Origin: an uncultured candidate division Zixibacteria bacterium
GTDB lineage: Bacteria > Zixibacteria > MSB-5A5 > GN15 > FEB-12
Assembly (NCBI GenBank): GCA_963735035.1
Contig: CAVTJJ010000004.1
Span: 1,504,001 to 1,568,000 of the forward strand
Direction: 5' to 3'
Length of the DNA: 64,000 bases
The translations under genes and the position numbers were made by a program. Below, piece after piece: positions 38,821-47,739 of this stretch; the first letter of the stretch is position 1, and the number at the start of each line of letters is the position of its first letter. Under the pieces are notes generated by a model. The model was not told where the DNA came from. It saw only the letters and a list, made by a program, of their open reading frames with translations, and searched no databases.

Positions 38821-39702
38821 ATGACCGCCACGATAATCGATGGGAAAGTAGTCGCCGAACACGTCCACCAGGACAGTCTCAGGCGGGCCGAGGCGTTGAA
38901 ACAGCGCGGGGTAGTGCCCGGATTGGCGGCGGTCCTAGTCGGCGACGACCCGGCGTCGAAGATCTACGTCAATTCCAAGGCGAAGACCTGCAAGAAAATG
39001 GGGCTATACTCCGAAGTAATCACTCGCCCCGCCGCCACCACCCAGGCGGAACTTCTTGAGATCGTGAAATCGCTCAATTCCAACGACAAGATTCACGGCA
39101 TCTTAGTGCAGTCACCGGTTCCGAAACATATCGATGAACTGACCGTTACTCTCGCGATCCGACCGGATAAAGATGTCGATGGTTTCCATCCGCACAATGT
39201 CGGGTTGCTCTTGCTGGGGCGACCGCAACTGATCTCATGTACCCCGTATGGTATCATCAAGCTTCTGGAATACTACAACATCAATCCGGCAGGTAAAGAA
39301 GTAGTAATTGTCGGAAGGTCCAACATCGTCGGCAAACCGCTCGCCGCATTGTTGATGCAGAAGGCCAAGTGGGCCGACGCCACCGTTACGGTCGCACACT
39401 CGCGGACAGCCAATCTGAGTGAAGTCACTCGCCGGGCCGACATCTTGATTGCCGCGATGGGCCGGCCGGAGTTTGTCACAGCCGATATGGTAAAACCGGG
39501 GGCGTCGATTATCGACGTTGGCGTGAACCGGGTGGAAGACGCCTCGCAAGAAAAAGGTTACCGTTTGGTGGGCGATGTCAAGTTCGACGAAGTCGCGGCG
39601 AAGGCATCATATATCTCACCGGTGCCGGGCGGGGTCGGATTGATGACCATCGCGATGCTAATCTCCAACACTATCACGGCTGCTGAGCATCAAACCCGAT
39701 AA
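38821..39702 (+). CDS. folD: Methylenetetrahydrofolate dehydrogenase/cyclohydrolase
   Basis: KDVDGFHP, GRSNIVGKP and PVPGGVG motifs. Confidence 0.98.
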   Translation: MTATIIDGKVVAEHVHQDSLRRAEALKQRGVVPGLAAVLVGDDPASKIYVNSKAKTCKKMGLYSEVITRPAATTQAELLEIVKSLNSNDKIHGILVQSPVPKHIDELTVTLAIRPDKDVDGFHPHNVGLLLLGRPQLISCTPYGIIKLLEYYNINPAGKEVVIVGRSNIVGKPLAALLMQKAKWADATVTVAHSRTANLSEVTRRADILIAAMGRPEFVTADMVKPGASIIDVGVNRVEDASQEKGYRLVGDVKFDEVAAKASYISPVPGGVGLMTIAMLISNTITAAEHQTR

Positions 39703-39730
39703 TCCGGCACGAATTTTCGGTGCCGTCTCA

Positions 39731-39751
39731 ATTGCGCAAAGTTTGCACAAT
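39731..39751. promoter_or_regulatory. Near-perfect palindrome, candidate enhancer for a sigma54 activator
   Basis: ATTGCGCAAA-G-TTTGCACAAT, about 200 bp upstream of a -24/-12 element. Confidence 0.5.
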
Positions 39752-39938
39752 CCTGCATAGCGCACGAAGCTGCAACGGTTTAGAAGATAATTCAATATTA
39801 GAAAGAGACCGGTAACAGAGTACCTCCGGTCTATCTTAGTGGCACTAACCTGTTTGGGTGAGGCGGCTTAGGTGGCCTTGTGCGGCTTTGTGTTCGGGGA
39901 AGTTTTTTCCTATACCGATATGCGCGACAACAAGTTGG

Positions 39939-39954
39939 GGGCACGCCGTTTGCT
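39939..39954 (+). promoter_or_regulatory. sigma54-type promoter of the 40-47 kb operon
   Basis: GGGCACGCCGTTTGCT, with GG at 39940-39941 and GC at 39952-39953. Confidence 0.7.
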
Positions 39955-40016
39955 TTGTTGCGGGTTAGCTATAAGAACGGGCTGAAGACCGCCGGAGCGA
40001 GAATTTCTACGAGGCA

Positions 40017-42983
40017 ATGCATCGATTTCTAAAGACATTTTGCTGGTTACTTCTGCCTCTCTTATTGGCTGACTTTTCGGGACGTGCACAAGGTCAGTCT
40101 CCAGAAGAAGTTGCTCCCGGAGCTCTCGCCGCTATCGTTATTAATATTCCCCCGCACCAAATTGTAGGACATGCCTTGGTCGGACAGGCCAGTCTGCTGC
40201 TGCTGGACGAAACCGGAACGCTTCTGACGACTTACGATCTGGCCTCGAATCCCATCACTCTTTCTTGTTCCGTAGGCCAACTGACCCCAAATCTTATAAA
40301 CGATCCGAGTCTGTTTGCCGGAGGGGTGGTCAATCTGGCCGGCCTTCAGGTCTCATATCGTGGTCCTTCCGGAGCAACGGCGATAACGGCATCATCCACC
40401 GGAGTGAGTTCTACCGCCGTGCTGGTTTCGTTCAGCGGCTATGACATTCTCGACGTGCCGGGACTAAGCGCCGATACCGTCTCCCACCTGTACAGCAATA
40501 TTGCCACCGATATCTCGGTAACGGTTGTAAACGGGGGAGACCTGGTGGCCATTCAAGATCCCACCGTCAAAGCCTTCTTCCATTCAGGCGGCGGATCGAC
40601 CTCGGTATTCTTCGATGCTCAATCAAACGGGCGTCAGACCACCGTTCGGGTTGAGCTCCCGACCTCTGGTCTGTCGCTTGGCTCAGACACTCTGTTGCTG
40701 GTTCTGGAAAGCGTTTACCAGCCTAACGGTCAGGCAGTGAATGCCGGCGATACTCTGAGGATTCCCATAGTCGTTCTCGGGGGCGAGGGACTGCACATTG
40801 CAGCCGGAACCCTTGAGCCCAATTCCGCCTATGCCGGAATACCGTTTAACGTTTCATTTCTCGTAAGCACCGGCGGCATACAACAACCGTGGGACAGTGC
40901 CTCGTTCAGATTGGCGATGGTCTCGGCCACCGATTCGGTGCTTTCGACCGTTTACTCCGGACCGGTAGTCTACACCGATATCCGGCAGGACACTTTGGTT
41001 TACGGCGGAGTGACGGTACAAGTGCCGCCGGTGTTTCCGCCGGGAGCTTATCGGACTCTGTCAGATTATGCCTTGATGGCCGGTGGGCTCAGATTCCGAT
41101 CACATTTGCCCTATCGAGATACTTTGAACGTCCTTCCGGCACCGTCATTGACTTATCAAACCGGAACCCTGGCCCCGACAACGGTCATCGCCGGGCAAGA
41201 ATGGTCTTTTCACTTCGAAGTGTTGTTGGATGGCGATGCTCCGGTGTCGGTCGCCTCGGCGGATTCCTATTTCGAATTGAAGCTGGGCGATTTTTCCGCT
41301 GCCGTAGGTTTCCAGTTGACGGGTAATACGTTGTATCCGGGTTTGAATACGATCAGTACCCGGCGCCTGTTTATTCCTCCGGACCTGGTCGGTCAGTTGC
41401 CGGAGGCCGCCGCGGTGCTCTCGTACTTTCATCCCGGTTCGGCCAATCGCTTGTCATTCTCCACAGACTTCCAGGGACGGACAATTTTCGTTGAAGCCGC
41501 ACCGGAGATTCAAATAATCAACGCCACTGTTATTGCGCCCAACGCTCCGTCAGTAAATACGGGCCAATCTTTCAGGGTACACTGTCAGGTGGCCGACATG
41601 TCGGCGACTGCGATCGGGGCGTTCGATCTAAAGCTAACTACTGACGGTCAATCGCATTTTGATTCGCTTGCCACGGTGCCCGGGATCTCTGGCCACGACA
41701 CGTCCGACGTATATTTCGATGTGATCGCGGCGTCAAATCCGAATCCGGCGGAGATCCTAAGCGTGGATATAGCCACGCCCAACATCATTAGATTGAATCC
41801 GGTCAACAATATCGCCAAAGTGACCATACAGAGTCCGGCCGAACTGTCAACTTCCTTGATTCTCCGGGGAGCTGACAGCGGCTTTGTCGAGGTGGGTGGC
41901 GGGTTCGATCTGTTGCTCACGCTTGTGAACGCGGGTGAATCGAAGGCCACTCCCGGGGTATTTCATATCAGCACCAATGGCATGGACCTCGGTTTGCCGG
42001 GGGGTGTCACGGAGCTCGATCAGTCGGTAGCGGTCGGCGACGTGCATGCGATCTCATTCACGGCGCCGTCGTATGACACGGTCATAGTCCTCGACATCGT
42101 GCTTTCCCAGAAGCCAATTGACGAAAACACCGCCCTCCCGGCCATTGTTGGCGATACGGCCTTCCATATCGAGATTGCGGTAACAACTCCCGAAATCAAT
42201 CTGCACGTAGTCACATCGGATGTGCCCTCCAACGTGTTGCTGCCCGATGCTCTGTGCGATCTGGTCGTGTTCCGTGTGTCTAACCCGTCATTGTCGTCAG
42301 TATCCGACATCAAGATGCTCTCTATGAGCTTGACCCTGTTGGACCGCGATGCGCGTCCATTAACGGTTAGCGACGTGCTCAAAGTCGATTCGACCACGCT
42401 CCAGGTCGAGGGCAGAGTAGTGGCCCGTGCCTCTTCAACCGCTAATCGCTTGATACTGACTTTCAACGATTTTGTCGTTCCATCGCGTGATACACTGGAC
42501 CTGGTTCTCAATACGACCACGGCAGGTGCGACGGCTCCCGAGTTCACTCTAAGTCTAGAGACATCCGGTATCGTAGCCGCCTATGCGTCTGGACCTCGAC
42601 AGGGTACGGCCGTGGCCGTGACAAGTGACAGCTCCACCGGACTCGTGGTTGATGAAGTATTCACGATGGTCGACAGAACTCTGGCCGGCTCGTTTGTCGT
42701 GCGCACCAATCCGTTCGATCCGCTCACCGAACCCGCCGAATTTCGGTATTTTCTGGCCAAGGCTGAGGACGTGACGTTTGTCGTGCTCACTTTGACCGGA
42801 GAGACGGTCTACAGTCGCACTTTGTCGGCCGGCGAAACGGGCGCAGAGGCCGGCGAAAATGTGCTGTTCTGGGATGGACGCAACGACGACGAGGATGTGG
42901 TAGTCAATGGAGTATACCTCGCCATAATAAGCCTCGCCGATGATCGGGATCGCGCTACTATCAAACTGGCGGTGATCAAATGA
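40017..42983 (+). CDS. Large secreted multi-Ig-like protein with a FlgD-Ig/T9SS-like C-terminal domain
   Basis: Signal peptide; beta-rich repeats; C-terminal NPFDP..WDGRN..NGVY..IKLAVIK. Confidence 0.85.
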   Translation: MHRFLKTFCWLLLPLLLADFSGRAQGQSPEEVAPGALAAIVINIPPHQIVGHALVGQASLLLLDETGTLLTTYDLASNPITLSCSVGQLTPNLINDPSLFAGGVVNLAGLQVSYRGPSGATAITASSTGVSSTAVLVSFSGYDILDVPGLSADTVSHLYSNIATDISVTVVNGGDLVAIQDPTVKAFFHSGGGSTSVFFDAQSNGRQTTVRVELPTSGLSLGSDTLLLVLESVYQPNGQAVNAGDTLRIPIVVLGGEGLHIAAGTLEPNSAYAGIPFNVSFLVSTGGIQQPWDSASFRLAMVSATDSVLSTVYSGPVVYTDIRQDTLVYGGVTVQVPPVFPPGAYRTLSDYALMAGGLRFRSHLPYRDTLNVLPAPSLTYQTGTLAPTTVIAGQEWSFHFEVLLDGDAPVSVASADSYFELKLGDFSAAVGFQLTGNTLYPGLNTISTRRLFIPPDLVGQLPEAAAVLSYFHPGSANRLSFSTDFQGRTIFVEAAPEIQIINATVIAPNAPSVNTGQSFRVHCQVADMSATAIGAFDLKLTTDGQSHFDSLATVPGISGHDTSDVYFDVIAASNPNPAEILSVDIATPNIIRLNPVNNIAKVTIQSPAELSTSLILRGADSGFVEVGGGFDLLLTLVNAGESKATPGVFHISTNGMDLGLPGGVTELDQSVAVGDVHAISFTAPSYDTVIVLDIVLSQKPIDENTALPAIVGDTAFHIEIAVTTPEINLHVVTSDVPSNVLLPDALCDLVVFRVSNPSLSSVSDIKMLSMSLTLLDRDARPLTVSDVLKVDSTTLQVEGRVVARASSTANRLILTFNDFVVPSRDTLDLVLNTTTAGATAPEFTLSLETSGIVAAYASGPRQGTAVAVTSDSSTGLVVDEVFTMVDRTLAGSFVVRTNPFDPLTEPAEFRYFLAKAEDVTFVVLTLTGETVYSRTLSAGETGAEAGENVLFWDGRNDDEDVVVNGVYLAIISLADDRDRATIKLAVIK

Positions 42984-44809
42984 GACGAAGCATTCTCATC
43001 ATCGCTGTTGCGGTAGGGGCGGTTCTCATGACCTCACTTCCGGCTCGAGCCGGTGACGCCGGACAAGAGACTCCTTTCGTTTCTCTCGGAGCCGGGGCAC
43101 GATCGCTCGGTATGGGAGGAGCCTATTCGTGTCTGGTCGACGATGCCACGTCGATTCACTACAACCCCGCCGGACTGACTTCGCTGGACTATCAGGAATT
43201 CGCCTTCATGCACTCGGCGTTGATGGAAGGCAGTATCTACGATTTCGCCGCGTGGGCTTACCCCATAAATGAGAATCACGGCATCGGCGCGGGACTGATG
43301 AGAATCGGCACCGACAATATTATCCGGCGCGTCGATTTTGCCGACCGAGGGCGTTTCAGCTATTCCTACACGCAGGTGCTGCTGTCTTATGGACGCAAGA
43401 TCATCAAACCGGTATCAGCCGGCATGACGCTGCAGATATTTCAACAGTCACTTGACAGCCGTTCTGATTTCGGCATGGGCCTGGATGTCGGACTTCGGAT
43501 CCGATTGTGGAAGAGTCTCAATGCCAGTCTGGTAGCACACGATCTGCTTCAACATGATCTAGTACTGCTGGAGCGTCCCGAGAAGACCAACATGGTAGTT
43601 GTAGCCGGGCTCGGATTACAGAAGCTCACTCTGAGCAAAGACCTTCGCCTGGCACTCGATTTTGATGCCGAGAAGCAGGCCGATCGCGAATACAAAGCCC
43701 GCGCCGGGGGAGAAGTCACCATATATGACGTCTTGTCACTTCGTGGCGGATACGACCGTGATAACCTGAGCCTGGGGGTTGGATTCAAGTCCAAACGCAT
43801 TAGAATCGATTACGCTTACAAGTTCGTGGACTATACCGACGGCATGCATCACATCTCGCTGTCCTTCTTGTTGGGGATGTCGACGTCCGAGAGAATCCGT
43901 CAGCGTGAATTGGCCAAACTGCCGCCGGAACCGACGGCGGAAGAAAAGCAATTCGCCGCTCTGATGGAAAATGCCAATCGATTCTTCCGTCGCTTCCAAC
44001 TCGACTCCGCCAGCTACTATTTCTCACAGGCGTTGAAGATGCAGCCGGGTAATGAGGAAATCATCGGGACGCTGGCCGCGATCGAAGAGTCGCGGCGAGT
44101 GCAGGCGGCCCAGGAAGAAGCTCTGCGGGCGGCCCGCGAAGATGTACAGCAGACACTCCACAGTTTTGTCGCGCAGGCGGAGCAGATGCTCGACCGTAAG
44201 ATGTACCGGGCGGCGCTCGACCTCCTCAGTCTGATATTCGACATCGACCCGGGGAACGCTGAAGCGAATGCTCTCCGTGACCGAATCAATCAGGCACGGG
44301 GCGAAGAATTGGCCGTCAATCTGGCGAACGCCCAGAGCGCTGCGGCGGCTTCCAAATGGTCCGAGGCGGTGGAGGCATATAACCGGATTCTGGAAATCGA
44401 TCCCGAAAACGCCGATGCTTTGCAGGCTAAACGTCAGATTCTGACGGCTATGGATCTGCCGGAGAAAATCCGCATGGGCATCACGCTCTTCGAGAAGGGC
44501 GAACTAATCGAGGCGCGTTCCCGGTTCGAAGGCATCCTGTCGGTCAATCCGAATGATCCCACCGCACTGGACTATCTGAAACGAATCCGCGACAAAATGG
44601 CTACGCGGCCGCCGGCCACTCTCGAGGACTTGCAGAAGGATCGTGTCTACTGGGAGCTCTACCTCGAAGGACTTCGCCACATGCGTAACAAAGAGTATCA
44701 GCGGGCGATCGAAGTTTGGGAGAAGGTGCTCGAGGCTTACCCGAACAACGCCAACACGCTTAACAATATCGAACAGGCCCGGCTCCGTCTCGGCACCCAG
44801 GCCCAATAG
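42980..44809 (+). CDS. PorV/PorQ-like outer-membrane beta-barrel fused to C-terminal TPR repeats
   Basis: GARSLGMGGAY..DDATSIHYNPAGL, LRGGY and IDYAY motifs, then about 300 aa of TPR-like helices; overlaps the upstream stop (ATGA). Confidence 0.85.
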   Translation: MRRSILIIAVAVGAVLMTSLPARAGDAGQETPFVSLGAGARSLGMGGAYSCLVDDATSIHYNPAGLTSLDYQEFAFMHSALMEGSIYDFAAWAYPINENHGIGAGLMRIGTDNIIRRVDFADRGRFSYSYTQVLLSYGRKIIKPVSAGMTLQIFQQSLDSRSDFGMGLDVGLRIRLWKSLNASLVAHDLLQHDLVLLERPEKTNMVVVAGLGLQKLTLSKDLRLALDFDAEKQADREYKARAGGEVTIYDVLSLRGGYDRDNLSLGVGFKSKRIRIDYAYKFVDYTDGMHHISLSFLLGMSTSERIRQRELAKLPPEPTAEEKQFAALMENANRFFRRFQLDSASYYFSQALKMQPGNEEIIGTLAAIEESRRVQAAQEEALRAAREDVQQTLHSFVAQAEQMLDRKMYRAALDLLSLIFDIDPGNAEANALRDRINQARGEELAVNLANAQSAAAASKWSEAVEAYNRILEIDPENADALQAKRQILTAMDLPEKIRMGITLFEKGELIEARSRFEGILSVNPNDPTALDYLKRIRDKMATRPPATLEDLQKDRVYWELYLEGLRHMRNKEYQRAIEVWEKVLEAYPNNANTLNNIEQARLRLGTQAQ

Positions 44810-44868
44810 TGCCGGATTTTCCCCTTTTTACTGGCTTTTTGGTCCCACTTCAGGGATTTTGATGATCG

Positions 44869-46917
44869 ATGTTCTACAGACCGACGAAGGAAATCAACGC
44901 CGAATTCCCGGCTGAGGAAAAGTATCTAGATAGCATCCAGCGGGTCGTCAGGGAATCGTGTGCCTCCGCCGGTATGCAGCGCAAAGATACGTCCGCCGTC
45001 CTCCTCGCGATCGAAGAGGCCGCTACCAATATTATTCGTCACGCCTATCTCTACGAAAAGGGTACGATCCGGCTCCGCGTGACTATCTTCAGTCGCCAGG
45101 TTACTTTTTCGCTGATCGACTATGGCCGGTCGTTCCGTCCCGAAGGACAGGGGAAGCTTGATCTCGACCGCCTGATCGAGTCCGGACGACGGGGCGGGCT
45201 CGGTTTCTACATGATTCAAAAGATCATGGATTCGGTCGAATACGTATCCTGGGCGGGCCAGAACGAATTACGCATGACGCGTCGGCTGAAACGCGACGAT
45301 TCCAGCACTACCCCGCCGCTTTTCAGACGAATCCTGACTCTGCGCGTGAAGTTCTCGCTCTGGACTTTTCTCATTCTGTCGCTGATCATTGCCGGAGCTT
45401 TTTCCTTTGTCCAGCGTCGCACCACCGACGAGATCTACCGCCACATCGACGGCATAGCCGGGGCGCTCGGGAAGACCATTGCGGAGCAAGCAGCCCTGTA
45501 CGTCATCAATCGCAGAAGTGACGTCGAGTTCGACGAGTTGGTGGTGAGCTATGTCAGCTCCAACGACTTCATCAAGCGCCTGGTATTGACCGATACGACC
45601 GGCATCATCTTGGCCCACTCCGATGATATCCATAACATCAGGAAGCGATACGATCCGCCGCCGTGGTTCCGTCCTCAGGAAGCGGGCCAGCCCCAGCGCA
45701 CCCTGGCTATCGTTGGCGAGATTAACCTGCTGTCGTTGCCTATCAAGTCAGGGAATCAGTCGCTCGGGACGGTCTACCTGACCTATTCTTCTGAGCCGAT
45801 AGACGAGCGCCTCGCTGAATCGCGACGCTCCATCATCCTCGTTACCGCCGGACTCATGCTGGTGGGAATCATAGGCGTTTACCTGCTCTCCAATTACTTT
45901 GTACAGCCGATTGTCAACATCACTCGTCGTATCAGGCGTTTTACCCAGGGGGACCTCGAAACCGAGTTGCCCCTCGAAGGAGCCGCCGAATTCTTCGAAA
46001 TCTCGAGCGCTCTGAACGATATGATGACCCGTCTGAAGCACGATCGGGAAAGCGTGGTCGAACGGGAGCGCCTGGCCAAGGAAATCGAAGTCGCCTCACA
46101 GATTCAGAAAACGCTGCTGCCCCGGCAATTGCCCGAACTGCCCGATCTGGAAATCGATGCCTTCTATCGCGCGGCGTCGATGATCGGCGGCGATTTGTAC
46201 GATGTCTTCCGGATTGCGCCCGATCGGTGCTGCTTCATTGTGGCTGACGTATCGGGGAAGGGAGTGCCGGCATCACTGGTGATGTCAATGCTCCGGACCG
46301 TCATCAAGGTCCACGCGGCGGAATCGAGAACCGCCAAGGAAATTCTCGTTCTGGTGAACGAATACATAACGGACAACATCCCCAAGGGTATGTTCATCAC
46401 GGTGCTCATGGCCATCTATCATTCCGGTTCCCGGACCATGGAGTTGGTGTCGGCCGGCCACAATCCGCTTCTGCTTTATCGTGGGGCTTCGCGTCGCACT
46501 TCGAGATTCAACCCGTCCGGCATGCCTTTGGGCGTTCCGACGATGACGGGAAGCGACTTCGGGTCGTCCGTGGTTGAGATGAAACTGCAACTCGAAGATG
46601 GCGACGCGTTCATTCTGTACACCGACGGAATCACTGAAGCGGTCAACCGCGACGGGGAGCAGTATGGCCTGGATCGGCTCGAAAACTACCTCAATGGGCG
46701 GTGGAGCGGCGAGCCGGGGGAGAGTGTGAAAACCTTGTCGGAGGAGCTCATTCGAGAGCTTGACGCCTTCTCCGGGTTTACGCAGCAACGCGACGACATC
46801 ACCTTTATAATGGGGCGAACCCGATACTCAGCCGCACCCGAATCAACCTCCAAAGCGGTATCCGACGCGTCTATCAAACAGCAGTCTATCGGCGGTTCAA
46901 GCCCGGCTGAATCCTGA
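44869..46917 (+). CDS. Membrane protein: RsbW-type HATPase kinase + TM-sensor-TM + HAMP + SpoIIE/RsbU PP2C phosphatase
   Basis: EAATNIIRHAY, DYG and GGLG kinase boxes; two TM helices; GGDLYD, ADVSGKG, AGH, YTDG and DDIT phosphatase motifs. Confidence 0.92.
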   Translation: MFYRPTKEINAEFPAEEKYLDSIQRVVRESCASAGMQRKDTSAVLLAIEEAATNIIRHAYLYEKGTIRLRVTIFSRQVTFSLIDYGRSFRPEGQGKLDLDRLIESGRRGGLGFYMIQKIMDSVEYVSWAGQNELRMTRRLKRDDSSTTPPLFRRILTLRVKFSLWTFLILSLIIAGAFSFVQRRTTDEIYRHIDGIAGALGKTIAEQAALYVINRRSDVEFDELVVSYVSSNDFIKRLVLTDTTGIILAHSDDIHNIRKRYDPPPWFRPQEAGQPQRTLAIVGEINLLSLPIKSGNQSLGTVYLTYSSEPIDERLAESRRSIILVTAGLMLVGIIGVYLLSNYFVQPIVNITRRIRRFTQGDLETELPLEGAAEFFEISSALNDMMTRLKHDRESVVERERLAKEIEVASQIQKTLLPRQLPELPDLEIDAFYRAASMIGGDLYDVFRIAPDRCCFIVADVSGKGVPASLVMSMLRTVIKVHAAESRTAKEILVLVNEYITDNIPKGMFITVLMAIYHSGSRTMELVSAGHNPLLLYRGASRRTSRFNPSGMPLGVPTMTGSDFGSSVVEMKLQLEDGDAFILYTDGITEAVNRDGEQYGLDRLENYLNGRWSGEPGESVKTLSEELIRELDAFSGFTQQRDDITFIMGRTRYSAAPESTSKAVSDASIKQQSIGGSSPAES

Positions 46918-46995
46918 TTCCCCCAAGTTTTTTGTTGATGCCGCGATCTCAGTGCGGCGTAATTACATTTGTGATAAGATCGAATTGGCAAGTCT

Positions 46996-47667
46996 ATGGA
47001 TAATATAAAGATTTCGCTCTCTGAGGGTGGGCATGACCGTGAAGTCTCCGAGATCAGAGTTGATGGGGTAATCGACACTCTGACCGCGTCGGAATTGGAG
47101 CAGGTTTTCGATTCATTGTTGCGCCGTGGCCGCTATCGCATAGTCGTCGACTTGGCCGGTGTGGACTATATTTCTTCGGCCGGGTGGGGTATTTTCATCT
47201 CACACATTAAGGATGTGCGCGACAACGCTGGAGATGTTAAGCTGGCTAACATGGTGCCGGACGTTCGAGAGATTTTCGAATTGCTGGAGTTTGATAAGGT
47301 GCTTCAGGCTCTCAATTCGGTCGAGGACGCCGTCGCCAAGTTTGGCGGGACTTCGGGCGAGCCCCCAAAAAAAAAAGGGTCCGCGACAAGGGTTGAAGTA
47401 GTCGATGGGCTGGCGGGCGCATCCGGCTCGCGTGGTCGCACGGGTGAAGCCTTTACGACCGGCTCCACCTCCGAGCCCGACTTGGAGATGTTTGCCCTTC
47501 GCATGCTGAAAAGCGACCCGTTCGTTACCATTGCCGAAATTCAAAGAGACTATTCGCAGCAGGTGGAGGGGGGGAGTGTGGGCTGGTGGCGGGTCTTCTT
47601 TGTCCTCCGTCGACATGGATTGGTCCTCAAACGGTCGCGCTTTCGGTATGCCTGGGGTCGCGCCTGA
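46996..47667 (+). CDS. STAS (anti-anti-sigma) protein with a C-terminal HTH-like extension
   Basis: GVIDTLT..VDLAGVDYISSAGWG STAS motif; Gly/Ser linker; about 60-aa helical basic domain. Confidence 0.88.
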   Translation: MDNIKISLSEGGHDREVSEIRVDGVIDTLTASELEQVFDSLLRRGRYRIVVDLAGVDYISSAGWGIFISHIKDVRDNAGDVKLANMVPDVREIFELLEFDKVLQALNSVEDAVAKFGGTSGEPPKKKGSATRVEVVDGLAGASGSRGRTGEAFTTGSTSEPDLEMFALRMLKSDPFVTIAEIQRDYSQQVEGGSVGWWRVFFVLRRHGLVLKRSRFRYAWGRA

Positions 47668-47677
47668 ACGGTAGCCC

Positions 47678-47705
47678 TTGACGCCGGTGGCTATTTAGTT
47701 ATAAT
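47678..47705 (+). promoter_or_regulatory. sigma70 promoter of the diguanylate cyclase gene
   Basis: TTGACG-N16-TATAAT. Confidence 0.75.
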
Positions 47706-47739
47706 ACAATAGAATACGGCGCTTGGAGTCGGTTCGGTC

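Noticed and set aside
47362..47667. IS3-like element suggested by the A-run and HTH-like segment
   Set aside because: No DDE transposase or terminal inverted repeats
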